From the IMG/VR virus record IMGVR_UViG_3300023301_000010, positions 1 to 57,650 of that record: DNA of 57,650 nucleotides. One strand, given 5' to 3'. The first letter of the stretch is position 1; each line of letters opens with the position of its first letter. Shown here one piece after another: positions 17,438 to 25,273 of the stretch. A program made the position numbers and the translations under genes. The DNA is from a virus (taxonomy: Duplodnaviria > Caudoviricetes). The notes under the pieces are model-generated. The model was not told where the DNA came from and did no database searches. It saw only the letters and a list, made by a program, of their open reading frames with translations.

Positions 17438-17621
17438 CGGTACCCTCCTTTGTGGGCTCTTGCTCGGCGACCTTTTGGAAGTCGTCGATGATCCGGCCCA
17501 TGCGAACAATCTCATTGCGAGCGAAAGCGATAGACTCAGGGTTGGTGCTGCTTTCCAAGATGGTGACGAGCATCTTGGCAGTTTCTGCCCATGTGGGCGT
17601 AAGTGTGAGCTGACGCATCAC
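17430..17621 (-). CDS. Hypothetical protein
   Basis: LTPTW...ARNEIVRMG; GAGGAGG RBS. Confidence 0.65.
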   Translation of the reverse strand: MMRQLTLTPTWAETAKMLVTILESSTNPESIAFARNEIVRMGRIIDDFQKVAEQEPTKEGTDE

Positions 17622-17739
17622 TCGTCCTCCTCTTCAAACCCTGCAAGCGGCACTCAAACGCATACTGCATCCGCAGTTCGGCGTTTTGCTCTGCATCCTG
17701 CGAGAAAACGGGCATTGATTCATAACGCGGTGCCATTGG

Positions 17740-17991
17740 TCAGTCCTCCGTGCTTTCTTCCACGTAGTTGATAAAGACCCTCGTGCATTCACCTACGGGG
17801 TCTAGCTCTATGCTGTCGCCGTAGTCCACGGGAGGCCTATGCCTACCTTGCAAGCCTAGGGCTGATTTGCCTCTACGGACAAGCAAGGCGCGCGAAGCAT
17901 GACTAGGAGCCGTAAACTCGGCGCGACGCACCCATGAGTAGTTGGCCTGACCCCCGAACGTGTCGGTGTATTCTGCGAGATACTTGGGCAT
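17740..17991 (-). CDS. Hypothetical phage protein
   Basis: EYTDTFGGQANYSWVRR, a common small phage family. Confidence 0.75.
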   Translation of the reverse strand: MPKYLAEYTDTFGGQANYSWVRRAEFTAPSHASRALLVRRGKSALGLQGRHRPPVDYGDSIELDPVGECTRVFINYVEESTED

Positions 17992-18004
17992 TGGTCTTAT
18001 GTCC

Positions 18005-18163
18005 TTACGTAAAGAGCGGCTGCTCAGTGAGATAAACCGTTATATTTCGGCTCTGCTTCTGCTTGAGCCGTAGCCGACGCGCGGCCTGTTGCTGCGCGTC
18101 GTAACTCGTAGCGGCTGCTATCAGCAGCTTCTGGTCGCGATACATACAAGCGTAGACAAGCAC
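18005..18163 (-). CDS. 52-aa hypothetical protein (MLVYACMYRDQ...TSYDAQQQAA)
   Basis: GAGGAGG RBS with GTG start; fills the intergenic gap; not in the ORF track. Confidence 0.65.
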   Translation of the reverse strand: MLVYACMYRDQKLLIAAATSYDAQQQAARRLRLKQKQSRNITVYLTEQPLFT

Positions 18164-18176
18164 GGCGACCTCCTCA

Positions 18177-18524
18177 CTACGTGTGGATCTGCCAACGGTG
18201 CTCGTTGCCCTTGCGAAGTATGGCGTCGGCGGAAGGGTTTTGCCCCGGACCGTGATACTCGATGCCGCCGTACAGCAGCGTACCTATCACTAGGTCTGTG
18301 TCGTTCTCAACTTCCTGAATGCGCCACACGAAATCGTTCGTGCGGCTACCAAGATCGTTACCGATGGTGACTTCAATCTTGCGACCGTCGTTCGCATAGT
18401 TCATGGCGAGAAACGAGATACGCATGAAGCAGTGGTTGAAAGATTCGGTGGCCCCGAGATGCTCGGCAAGCCGCGCTTGCTCTACGTAAAAGTCGGGATC
18501 AAAGTACTCGAACGTCACTTTCAT
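18177..18524 (-). CDS. Hypothetical protein
   Basis: 115 aa ending YGGIEYHG...WQIHT (DUF4120-like); AGAAAGGGG RBS. Confidence 0.7.
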   Translation of the reverse strand: MKVTFEYFDPDFYVEQARLAEHLGATESFNHCFMRISFLAMNYANDGRKIEVTIGNDLGSRTNDFVWRIQEVENDTDLVIGTLLYGGIEYHGPGQNPSADAILRKGNEHRWQIHT

Positions 18525-18566
18525 TGGAAGCCCCTTTCTACAGGCTCTGGCATTGTGCCTAGTTAT

Positions 18567-18602
18567 AGCTTAACTGTAGGACGCGGCGACACAAAGCGTC
18601 TA
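18567..18602 (-). promoter_or_regulatory. Early promoter, copy B of a shared motif
   Basis: TAGACGCTTT-N7-CGCGTC...TAAGCT. Confidence 0.6.
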
Positions 18603-18622
18603 TTTGTACCGCCGCGTAAGAG

Positions 18623-18817
18623 TTACTGTTCGTAGTGAGAACGGACTCGTTCCCTCGCCCGTTTGAATCGTTCCGTCACGCAAGATTGACAGAGCACGAG
18701 ACATCCTACGAGAAAATTTACCCCGTCGCTCTCACAGTCGTCACAGGGTATGCGAAACGTGAACCCCTTTCTCTCTTCAGTAGGGAAGCCGTTCACTGCA
18801 TCTTGTTCGTCACCCAT
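18623..18817 (-). CDS. Small Zn-finger protein
   Basis: CDDC...CQSC. Confidence 0.6.
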   Translation of the reverse strand: MGDEQDAVNGFPTEERKGFTFRIPCDDCESDGVNFLVGCLVLCQSCVTERFKRARERVRSHYEQ

Positions 18818-19086
18818 TCCCCGCCCCTTTGCATCAGCAACATCTCGTCATAGCCGATAGTTGCCAGTTTGATGAATTCTTCTTTCGTAATCACTTCCAC
18901 TGCCGTGGCACATGTTACGAAAAGAGAGCACTTAAAGATGAGAGCATTGACTTCTGCTTCTTCCATCCGCTCCGCGCATAGCGAATGAACCGCTGTCGCC
19001 GCGCAAGACATCAGTTCAGCTGCCATTTCCTCCAATTGCTCTTCCGAGAACCCATGCTCTGCGTCCATTTTCGTAACTACGTCCAT
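18793..19086 (-). CDS. Hypothetical protein
   Basis: Start at MDVVTK after GAGGAG. Confidence 0.6.
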   Translation of the reverse strand: MDVVTKMDAEHGFSEEQLEEMAAELMSCAATAVHSLCAERMEEAEVNALIFKCSLFVTCATAVEVITKEEFIKLATIGYDEMLLMQRGGEWVTNKMQ

Positions 19087-19600
19087 GGGACGCTCCTCTC
19101 TCCCGCACAGGCACGTAGACCAGTTCACGATGATAAGAACACCATGACGTGTCCGCGTGAACAAGTTCTCCGCAGCACAGGGTCTTCTCGGCATTAGGCG
19201 CACCGAGTATGTAGGCACACTGGAGCCGATGCCTGTTGACCAACAGCACACCGTCACCCTTGCCCAAGAACCGATGGACGACGGGCTTGGGCAGATGCAC
19301 CACCTTGCCGTTATCATCCACCGGAATGTTCACGAACGAAAGGGACGGTTTCGGTTTTGCCGTCGGGTTAAGCTCCACCACAACGTTCTCATGTGTAGGC
19401 TTGGACCTGTCCCTTTTCTTGGCCAAAGGTTCAGGCCGCTTGACAGAAAGTCCCAGACGGAACTTCATCCCCATGAAGGAGTTGCGAGTTCGCCCCGGCA
19501 AACCGTCGGCGATCTTTTGCGCGGTCAAGCCTGACTCAAACCCTTCACGCATCTTGCGGATTTCTTCATACGTCCAAGGCTTGATAAACACACCCATCAC
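19016..19600 (-). CDS. gcrA: GcrA-family cell-cycle regulator
   Basis: N-terminal WT.EEI...GLTAQKIADGL.GRTRNS..G...RLGL HTH; C-terminal CAYILG...CCG...SWCSYH. Confidence 0.85.
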   Translation of the reverse strand: MMGVFIKPWTYEEIRKMREGFESGLTAQKIADGLPGRTRNSFMGMKFRLGLSVKRPEPLAKKRDRSKPTHENVVVELNPTAKPKPSLSFVNIPVDDNGKVVHLPKPVVHRFLGKGDGVLLVNRHRLQCAYILGAPNAEKTLCCGELVHADTSWCSYHRELVYVPVRERGASHGRSYENGRRAWVLGRAIGGNGS

Positions 19601-20063
19601 TCTACCCCTTCGTAACGAGCGGGCTGAGCCCCCGCTTCCTGATTTTGATATTTGCCCGTGTACGGGCTTTCGGTCGGGGTATCCATTTGCAGCAGAATAA
19701 TCTGAGCAATGGGAGTACCCTCCCTAATAGAAAGTACCATCGAACCGTTATCGAACCGTTGTTGACAAGCTCAAGTGTGAGCCACCCGTGCCACCCCGGC
19801 TCTATCACGGTGTTGAACAGGCTCAAACCACGGCGAGCCCATGTAGATTTGTCATGCACCATGCCGACAAGGTCCTCCGGCATTTCGAACCGCTCGACGG
19901 TCGAAGCCAGAGTGAAGTCCCCCGGTTTGAGCTCGACATCTTCGGCGATGCGAACGTCGTATCCGGCATGGCTCAACCCGTAGGTGAGTCCATTGGCGAA
20001 GGACTTTTCACAAAAGGGAGTGAAGATTCCGCGCTTACGGATAGACTGTGCTGAAAGGATCAT
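19597..20063 (-). pseudogene. dcd: dCTP deaminase, frameshifted by an 11-bp tandem duplication
   Basis: AGYDVR, HDKSTWARRG, NTVIEPGW.G.LTLEL; removing one ATCGAACCGTT copy (19739-19760) restores GTPIAQII...PYTGKYQNQ. Confidence 0.85.
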
Positions 20064-20160
20064 TCTTCATTTTCCCCAAAGATGGCGCACGGGTAGCGTA
20101 CGTTTTCCCATTCCATCACCGCCTCTGACCATGAAGCTAGCTCTCGCGGCGTCACCCGCA

Positions 20161-20493
20161 TCACTCGTCCTCCTCTTCAAACTCTTCGCATTCTTCATCG
20201 AAGTCTTCCCAAGCGTCCGGATCGTCATCATCCGTATCGCCCGCATAGTGTGGGTCTAAACCCTGCAAATTGATCATCGCCAACAGGATAGCGTGCATAC
20301 CGTCTGCAGGGTGCGTCTTGCGGTAAGCCAAAGCCACCCGCTCCAACGCTTCGGCTACAGCGCCACGGCTACGGTCGTCGTCGGACACGTCTTCGACGAA
20401 CGTCTCAACGATCCCGTCCCAATGATGTGTGACGTGCACGGTGTACGTCACGGGCTTACGTTTCTTGTTCAGGTCCACGATGTCGGTCATCAC
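20161..20493 (-). CDS. Hypothetical protein with acidic tail
   Basis: MTDIVDL... coupled to the upstream gene. Confidence 0.7.
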   Translation of the reverse strand: MMTDIVDLNKKRKPVTYTVHVTHHWDGIVETFVEDVSDDDRSRGAVAEALERVALAYRKTHPADGMHAILLAMINLQGLDPHYAGDTDDDDPDAWEDFDEECEEFEEEDE

Positions 20494-20702
20494 TTGTTCT
20501 CCCCAAGTACGGCGCGGGCGGTTTTCGCCATTCGTTGATGCGCCGCGTCGGTGTCACCCCATTCAGTTTCCTCGGCTACGATTTCCCGCAGCGCATCGCG
20601 CAGCCGTTCAATTTCATCGGCGGCTTTAAGCATACGCACTGCTCGCTTGATCGGTGCGAGACCTTGTGCTTCCTCGCGCAGCCATTCAACGATGTCGGTC
20701 AT
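20490..20702 (-). CDS. MTDIV...AADEIERLR family small protein
   Basis: 70 aa; paralogous to 20699-20920. Confidence 0.75.
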   Translation of the reverse strand: MTDIVEWLREEAQGLAPIKRAVRMLKAADEIERLRDALREIVAEETEWGDTDAAHQRMAKTARAVLGENK

Positions 20703-20920
20703 CGCTTGATATCATGGAGTGCCTCGAACGCGATGTTACGCATTCTCGATACGACCCAGTAGTCGCCCAGATGTTCGGGCGAATAGTCGTGAATGGATTG
20801 CAGCTCGGCACGCAGCCGTTCGATCTCGGCGGCGCTCAACACACCCCACACCTCGGAGCGGGCTTCGCGCTCGGACTGGGAGCTGCCCTCGTCGCGCAGT
20901 TGGTCAACGATGTCGATCAT
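20699..20920 (-). CDS. MIDIV...AAEIERLR family small protein
   Basis: 73 aa; paralogous to 20490-20702. Confidence 0.75.
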   Translation of the reverse strand: MIDIVDQLRDEGSSQSEREARSEVWGVLSAAEIERLRAELQSIHDYSPEHLGDYWVVSRMRNIAFEALHDIKR

Positions 20921-21045
20921 TTATCCTGTCTCCTAGAAATGAGTGGTCAGACACCAGACGCCGACGGCCATAAAGCCGATCAGCGTAAAGGCTCCGATTG
21001 CTGTACATCACATGACGAGCACGAAAAGAAATCCGTTGTCGATCA

Positions 21046-21315
21046 TCACTTGTCATCCCCGAGAGTCGCGCGGATAATTTGCAAGGTCTCACGGATTGCT
21101 TTTTCCGTGGCGGGATACTGCTTTAGGTATTCAGCCGCAGCCTGTTTGTTAAGAGAACTGACGCCATGCTCGCAGTCAGACATCATGGCGTCGTGCAGCA
21201 TGTTTTCGATTTCTGAGAACGCGTCTTTCAGTCGCAAAACGTCGCTAGCGTTGTCTATCGCAAGCGAGGCCATACGCTGAACATTGCTTTCCAACCGTTT
21301 GATAGCGTCGGTCAT
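21046..21315 (-). CDS. Hypothetical protein
   Basis: 89 aa, coupled start and stop. Confidence 0.7.
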   Translation of the reverse strand: MTDAIKRLESNVQRMASLAIDNASDVLRLKDAFSEIENMLHDAMMSDCEHGVSSLNKQAAAEYLKQYPATEKAIRETLQIIRATLGDDK

Positions 21316-21590
21316 GCGTCTTCTCCACCACAGTCGTATCGGTCAGGGGTCAACGCTTTGTCGGCGTTGTATTCCATGGATAACCGAGCAGCGTCGTCAC
21401 TGTAGTAGCGGTTTTTCCCTATGAACCGGATGTGCCAGAGGGCCTCCCGCAACTGTTCAATTTCCTGCTTCTGCTCGGCCATGCGTGCTCTGCCCCTACT
21501 GATTTCAGCAAGGGCCATACGGAGCTCTTCAGGCCCCGGCGAACAGACGGCTCCTTGAGCCGTCTGCACCGTGTCCCCCATAAGGGTCAT
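21312..21590 (-). CDS. Hypothetical protein (EIEQLREAL)
   Basis: Start at MTLMG overlaps the upstream stop. Confidence 0.6.
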   Translation of the reverse strand: MTLMGDTVQTAQGAVCSPGPEELRMALAEISRGRARMAEQKQEIEQLREALWHIRFIGKNRYYSDDAARLSMEYNADKALTPDRYDCGGEDA

Positions 21591-21820
21591 GCTACTCTCC
21601 ACACCCGCACGCCTTCTTCCAGAGTCCGCAGAGTGAACTTTTTCCCGACGCGCTTGGCATGGGTGCCGATGTTCCCCGAAACCTTGGCCATAGTGCCGTG
21701 GGGGACGGGGATAAGGAAGCTTTCGCCTATCTCGAGCTGTTGAAGACAAACCTGAATGGGAGAACGCTTCCTGTTCTGGGGGACGGGGATAGGAATGTTC
21801 TTTTCAATCGACAGTTGCAT
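21587..21820 (-). CDS. Small phage DNA-binding-like protein
   Basis: IEKNIPIP...LEIGESFLIP...GVRVWRV, a common phage family; AAGGAG RBS. Confidence 0.75.
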   Translation of the reverse strand: MQLSIEKNIPIPVPQNRKRSPIQVCLQQLEIGESFLIPVPHGTMAKVSGNIGTHAKRVGKKFTLRTLEEGVRVWRVA

Positions 21821-22091
21821 CAGACTTCTCCTTGTTGAGTTTCGCCGCCGCGCCACCCTTGGCACCGCTGCTCTTCGCCAGTTCGGGATAGCGAGAGAAA
21901 GATCGTTTTTCGGGAGGCACCGCAAACCCTCCTTTGATACCGCTGCTCACTGCGAGATCACGGTCCCTTGAGTATGTGCGGTTTTCCGGTTTGACAGCTT
22001 TGCCGCCGCTTGCCGCGACTTCTTTGCGGCGCTCCGGTGTCAACGAGGCGAAACCCCGTAGGAGCACTCGGCTTTCTTTCTTTTCAGACAT
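21804..22091 (-). CDS. KGG-repeat general stress protein
   Basis: RGFASLTPERRKEVAASGG...RSFSR.PELAK..GAKGG. Confidence 0.8.
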   Translation of the reverse strand: MSEKKESRVLLRGFASLTPERRKEVAASGGKAVKPENRTYSRDRDLAVSSGIKGGFAVPPEKRSFSRYPELAKSSGAKGGAAAKLNKEKSDATVD

Positions 22092-22554
22092 AGTACCCCA
22101 TCTCCTGTAGTTTCTTCAGCATACGCCGAGCCTGTTTTTGGGCGCTCTCGTCGAGGGCCTTTTCTTCAAACACATGCTCAATCATAGGAAGGTACAGTTC
22201 CGCCGCCTCTGCCACGGGCGACCCTTCCCATAATTCCAAATAACCGCTGTCGGTCAGCTCTTTGAGGAAGTAGAACACCGCCGCCGCAACTTTGTCTGCG
22301 CGCTGCTCGTTGTACTCCTCCATCATCTTCGTGTGAAGCCTGTCCACCTTGTTCCCGATCACTCGGGCCACAGGCGGGGCCATCCCTTTCAGGGGTTCTA
22401 AACACGCCACCCGTAGAAGAGCCTTCATCCGCTCCAAGCGGAGAGGCCCTTCTACGTCATCTACGAACACGAACGCATCGAGGTTCGCCACCGCGAACAT
22501 CATCCTCGCAGGGAGGGCGCACTCTGTCCTTTCTTTGAAGAGCACGACGGCCAT
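22084..22554 (-). CDS. Hypothetical protein
   Basis: About 156 aa helical ORF. Confidence 0.7.
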   Translation of the reverse strand: MAVVLFKERTECALPARMMFAVANLDAFVFVDDVEGPLRLERMKALLRVACLEPLKGMAPPVARVIGNKVDRLHTKMMEEYNEQRADKVAAAVFYFLKELTDSGYLELWEGSPVAEAAELYLPMIEHVFEEKALDESAQKQARRMLKKLQEMGYYV

Positions 22555-22647
22555 CTGTTTACTCCATGAAAATGACAACAAGCACCAACAAGCACCAACA
22601 GGAGAAGAAGGTAGAACATCAGAATTCCACCCCAGTACATCGCTTCC

Positions 22648-23004
22648 CTATAATCCATCAGACATCACCTGCTTGATCTTTGCTTTGTCCTCGGACGACA
22701 GGTAGTAGCCTAGCCCCGTCTTGGTCAACACCTGAACACCATACGGAGCCAAAGCCTTGCGGAGCCGCCACATGAGGACATTGTGGGCCGCATGACTGTA
22801 GATTTCTTTGTTTTGACCGTGGACGGCCATCAGTGTTTCCAAAGAACTCTTGGAAAGATAGTCTCTCTCCAAGAGCACCTTGAACACTGAATTGAGCTGT
22901 TTCTTCAGCCCGAAGCGGATAGCCGTTTCGGGAGAGCCGTCCAGAGCTTCTTCAAGTTCACGGACACGCTCACGAAGAACTATCAGTTCAGATTGCTGTA
23001 CCAA
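22648..23004 (-). CDS. Receiver-less OmpR/CtrA-type winged-helix DNA-binding protein
   Basis: LRERVRELEEAL coil followed by NVLMWRLRKAL...VLTKTGLGYYL (Trans_reg_C pattern); TTG start after AGAGGA. Confidence 0.7.
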   Translation of the reverse strand: MVQQSELIVLRERVRELEEALDGSPETAIRFGLKKQLNSVFKVLLERDYLSKSSLETLMAVHGQNKEIYSHAAHNVLMWRLRKALAPYGVQVLTKTGLGYYLSSEDKAKIKQVMSDGL

Positions 23005-23440
23005 TGTCGTCCTCTTTCTTTGACTTGACCTTCCACGAGGGCGGAAGGTCAATGCCCAATGGCGCGAGCTTGGAAGCCAACGCGGCGGCGGAATCCGTTT
23101 CCAGTTCCGATTCCATGCTCATCTTGATGGTTTCAGTCACGTCGACCAGATTGGTCCCGGCATAGTTTTCGCTTTTGATGGTGCTGAACTGTGCCGCAAG
23201 CGACGAAAGCACCGCAAGCCTTGCATAGCTTTCGAAGTCCGTCCTGTTGAGGGCGATCTTGCTTTCGATCACGGACATCTCAACAAGAATAATGTCGTAC
23301 TCGCTCACTTCGCGGTTGAGCTTGTGCGAAGCGGTTACGGCAGCACGCCGATAGAACCCTTCGATAGACTCGTACTTCTTTTGGTGGTCAGTGATGAGCC
23401 GTGACGCTTCATCAAAAGTGTCTTTGTAACTACGGGTCAT
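22988..23440 (-). CDS. DUF6378-like hypothetical protein
   Basis: DTFDEASRLI...KKY...EVSEYDI; degenerate match. Confidence 0.55.
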   Translation of the reverse strand: MTRSYKDTFDEASRLITDHQKKYESIEGFYRRAAVTASHKLNREVSEYDIILVEMSVIESKIALNRTDFESYARLAVLSSLAAQFSTIKSENYAGTNLVDVTETIKMSMESELETDSAAALASKLAPLGIDLPPSWKVKSKKEDDIGTAI

Positions 23441-23997
23441 TCCGCAAGCTCCTGTGCGATGTAGTCGCTGCGCCCGGAAATATCAGGGCTCATCAGAACG
23501 CGGACCCGTGTGCCGATGGGGATAACCTTCAGCCGCTCAAGAATACGGTCAGTCGTGTGCGGCGGGACAAACACATTGCCGCCGTTGTAGTCGGCGAAAA
23601 TTATCCGCATCCCCGATTTGGCATAGGCGTGACGGGCGATGGTGATCTCACCGGAAATAATGTTGTTCGGGCGGTTGTAGGTTTCCCTGCCCTTTTTCAC
23701 ACCCGCGAGCAGCTCTGTCAGCCCCGCTCCGGGCGTTGCTATGGGCAGTGCAACAGGCGCAACCACCGGAGCAACCACGGCCTTATCAGAAGTTTCCATG
23801 AAGTCGATGTATTCCTGCATGATCTCGACCGCTTCTTGCGAAGGACCGTTGCGGAAGTCGCACCACAGATAGATCGAGTTGCGGGTGAACCCAGTCTCGT
23901 CGGAAAGCTTAGCCACACTTCCGGCCCTCTGCAGAGCCTTGGCAATAATCATCAACCGGGATTCAGTCATAACGTTCTTCATACTTGTCTCCACCAC
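23437..23997 (-). CDS. HTH-containing protein
   Basis: GSVAKLSDETGFTRNSIYLW...GPS, Cro/XRE-like N-terminus. Confidence 0.65.
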   Translation of the reverse strand: MVETSMKNVMTESRLMIIAKALQRAGSVAKLSDETGFTRNSIYLWCDFRNGPSQEAVEIMQEYIDFMETSDKAVVAPVVAPVALPIATPGAGLTELLAGVKKGRETYNRPNNIISGEITIARHAYAKSGMRIIFADYNGGNVFVPPHTTDRILERLKVIPIGTRVRVLMSPDISGRSDYIAQELAE

Positions 23998-24454
23998 ACA
24001 TGAACTCAGGCGGGTTACGTCTCCGCCACGTAGCTATCCTTGCTTTTTCTCCTAGATAGTAGGCACGGTAGGCAAGCGTCGTTTCGCGACACTTGTATTC
24101 GTCAGGCATGGCCTGAGCGAACGGGGTAAACCCTCGAGCAGTTAAGCTTATGGGAGCGCACCTGACCAATGCGAGAACCTCAGCGCACGCATGTATTTTA
24201 TCATAGCGGTGCTGATATTCTTTGCAGAGGGCGACGCCCAAACGCCAGAGCCATCGGTAGTTTTCCACAGACCGACTAGCCCACTGCGTACAGGGGTGAT
24301 TTTGATGACAGGGCTTGTAGGGGGCTTCTTCACCGTACAGGTGGTAGACCGTGCAAAGCATCTGCGCGGTTTCCAACGGCATCTTCACTACGTGCTTGTC
24401 GCAGTGGAACTGAGCTGCTGTAACGGGGTCGTAGTCTAGAACGAAGATGTTCAT
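23963..24454 (-). CDS. Pyrimidine-dimer DNA glycosylase-like protein
   Basis: MNIFVLD...HCDKHVVKMPLETAQML...NHPCTQW...QAMPDEYK...AYRAYY. Confidence 0.82.
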   Translation of the reverse strand: MNIFVLDYDPVTAAQFHCDKHVVKMPLETAQMLCTVYHLYGEEAPYKPCHQNHPCTQWASRSVENYRWLWRLGVALCKEYQHRYDKIHACAEVLALVRCAPISLTARGFTPFAQAMPDEYKCRETTLAYRAYYLGEKARIATWRRRNPPEFMCGGDKYEERYD

Positions 24455-24690
24455 TCCACCCACACCGAACGCGTCGGGCCGAGCGGTCCCACTATAACCC
24501 CGTAGATCATGATGCGTGCATTAGGCACGGCACTCATAATGCGGGCTTTTTCTTCCTGCGCCTCGGCAAGCGAAGGAAAATAATTGGTGGTGTAAGTACC
24601 GCGACCCCGAAACCAACAGCATGAAAATGCGTTGGCCGAAGACAGTATCTCAGCGTCGAAGTCGGCGCGGCTTTTGTCCGCGTATTCCAT
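24451..24690 (-). CDS. Hypothetical protein
   Basis: 79 aa, AAAGGA RBS. Confidence 0.7.
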   Translation of the reverse strand: MEYADKSRADFDAEILSSANAFSCCWFRGRGTYTTNYFPSLAEAQEEKARIMSAVPNARIMIYGVIVGPLGPTRSVWVE

Positions 24691-24718
24691 AGCAGCGTTC
24701 CTTTCTTGAACACCGTAA

Positions 24719-24747
24719 AGCTTAACTACCGTTTAATCCGTGGACAA
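24719..24747 (-). promoter_or_regulatory. Promoter overlapped by a CtrA-type box
   Basis: TTGTCC-N17-TAAGCT with TTAA-N7-TTAA at 24722-24736. Confidence 0.55.
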
Positions 24748-25272
24748 ACGGTTTTTGTTCCTGTTGTCCGCTGCCCATGCGACCACTGTGAAGATCTTTT
24801 TGTACTCTTCTTCTTGGCGGTAACGATCCCACAGATATTTGACACCGTTCTCAAACACGACCTCAAAATAGTGGTTGCCGAGTTTGATCTGTTCACTGGC
24901 GAAGATGACCAGTTCCAACATGTCACATATTTTCAGCCGCTTCTTTTCTTCAGGGTTCAAGATGATCGCCAAGCCGAGCTTCTTTTCCGCTTCAGCTTCG
25001 ACACGAGCTACCGCTTCGGCAAACTCGGGGTAAGCCCACTTGGTCGTGGCCGGAATATCCCCTATGAGGATTTCAGCAACGTCATGGTAAAGCGTAGCTA
25101 AAAGAAGACCTTTAGTGCTATGCGGCCAAAGCTCATTGAGCAAAGTCGCAACACCCCACGAGTGTGCTCCCACGGTTTGACTATCCCCTACTGTCGGTAC
25201 TGTATGAAAACGTTTGATGTACGCTGCACGACGAACATTTCCGATCCTTTCGATGAGCGGAAGACTTTCCAT
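24733..25272 (-). CDS. HD-domain 5'-deoxynucleotidase (YfbR-like)
   Basis: KRFH...QTVGAHSW...LYHDVAE...GDIP...KICDMLE. Confidence 0.88.
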   Translation of the reverse strand: MESLPLIERIGNVRRAAYIKRFHTVPTVGDSQTVGAHSWGVATLLNELWPHSTKGLLLATLYHDVAEILIGDIPATTKWAYPEFAEAVARVEAEAEKKLGLAIILNPEEKKRLKICDMLELVIFASEQIKLGNHYFEVVFENGVKYLWDRYRQEEEYKKIFTVVAWAADNRNKNRLSTD

Positions 25273-25273
25273 G

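Noticed and set aside
21008-21010. Genome-wide TGA recoding
   Set aside because: TGA terminates many conserved genes (terL, portal, polA) at the expected positions.
24733-25272. DatZ / 2-aminoadenine (Z-genome) system
   Set aside because: No PurZ homologue was seen, and the gene context points to pyrimidine modification.
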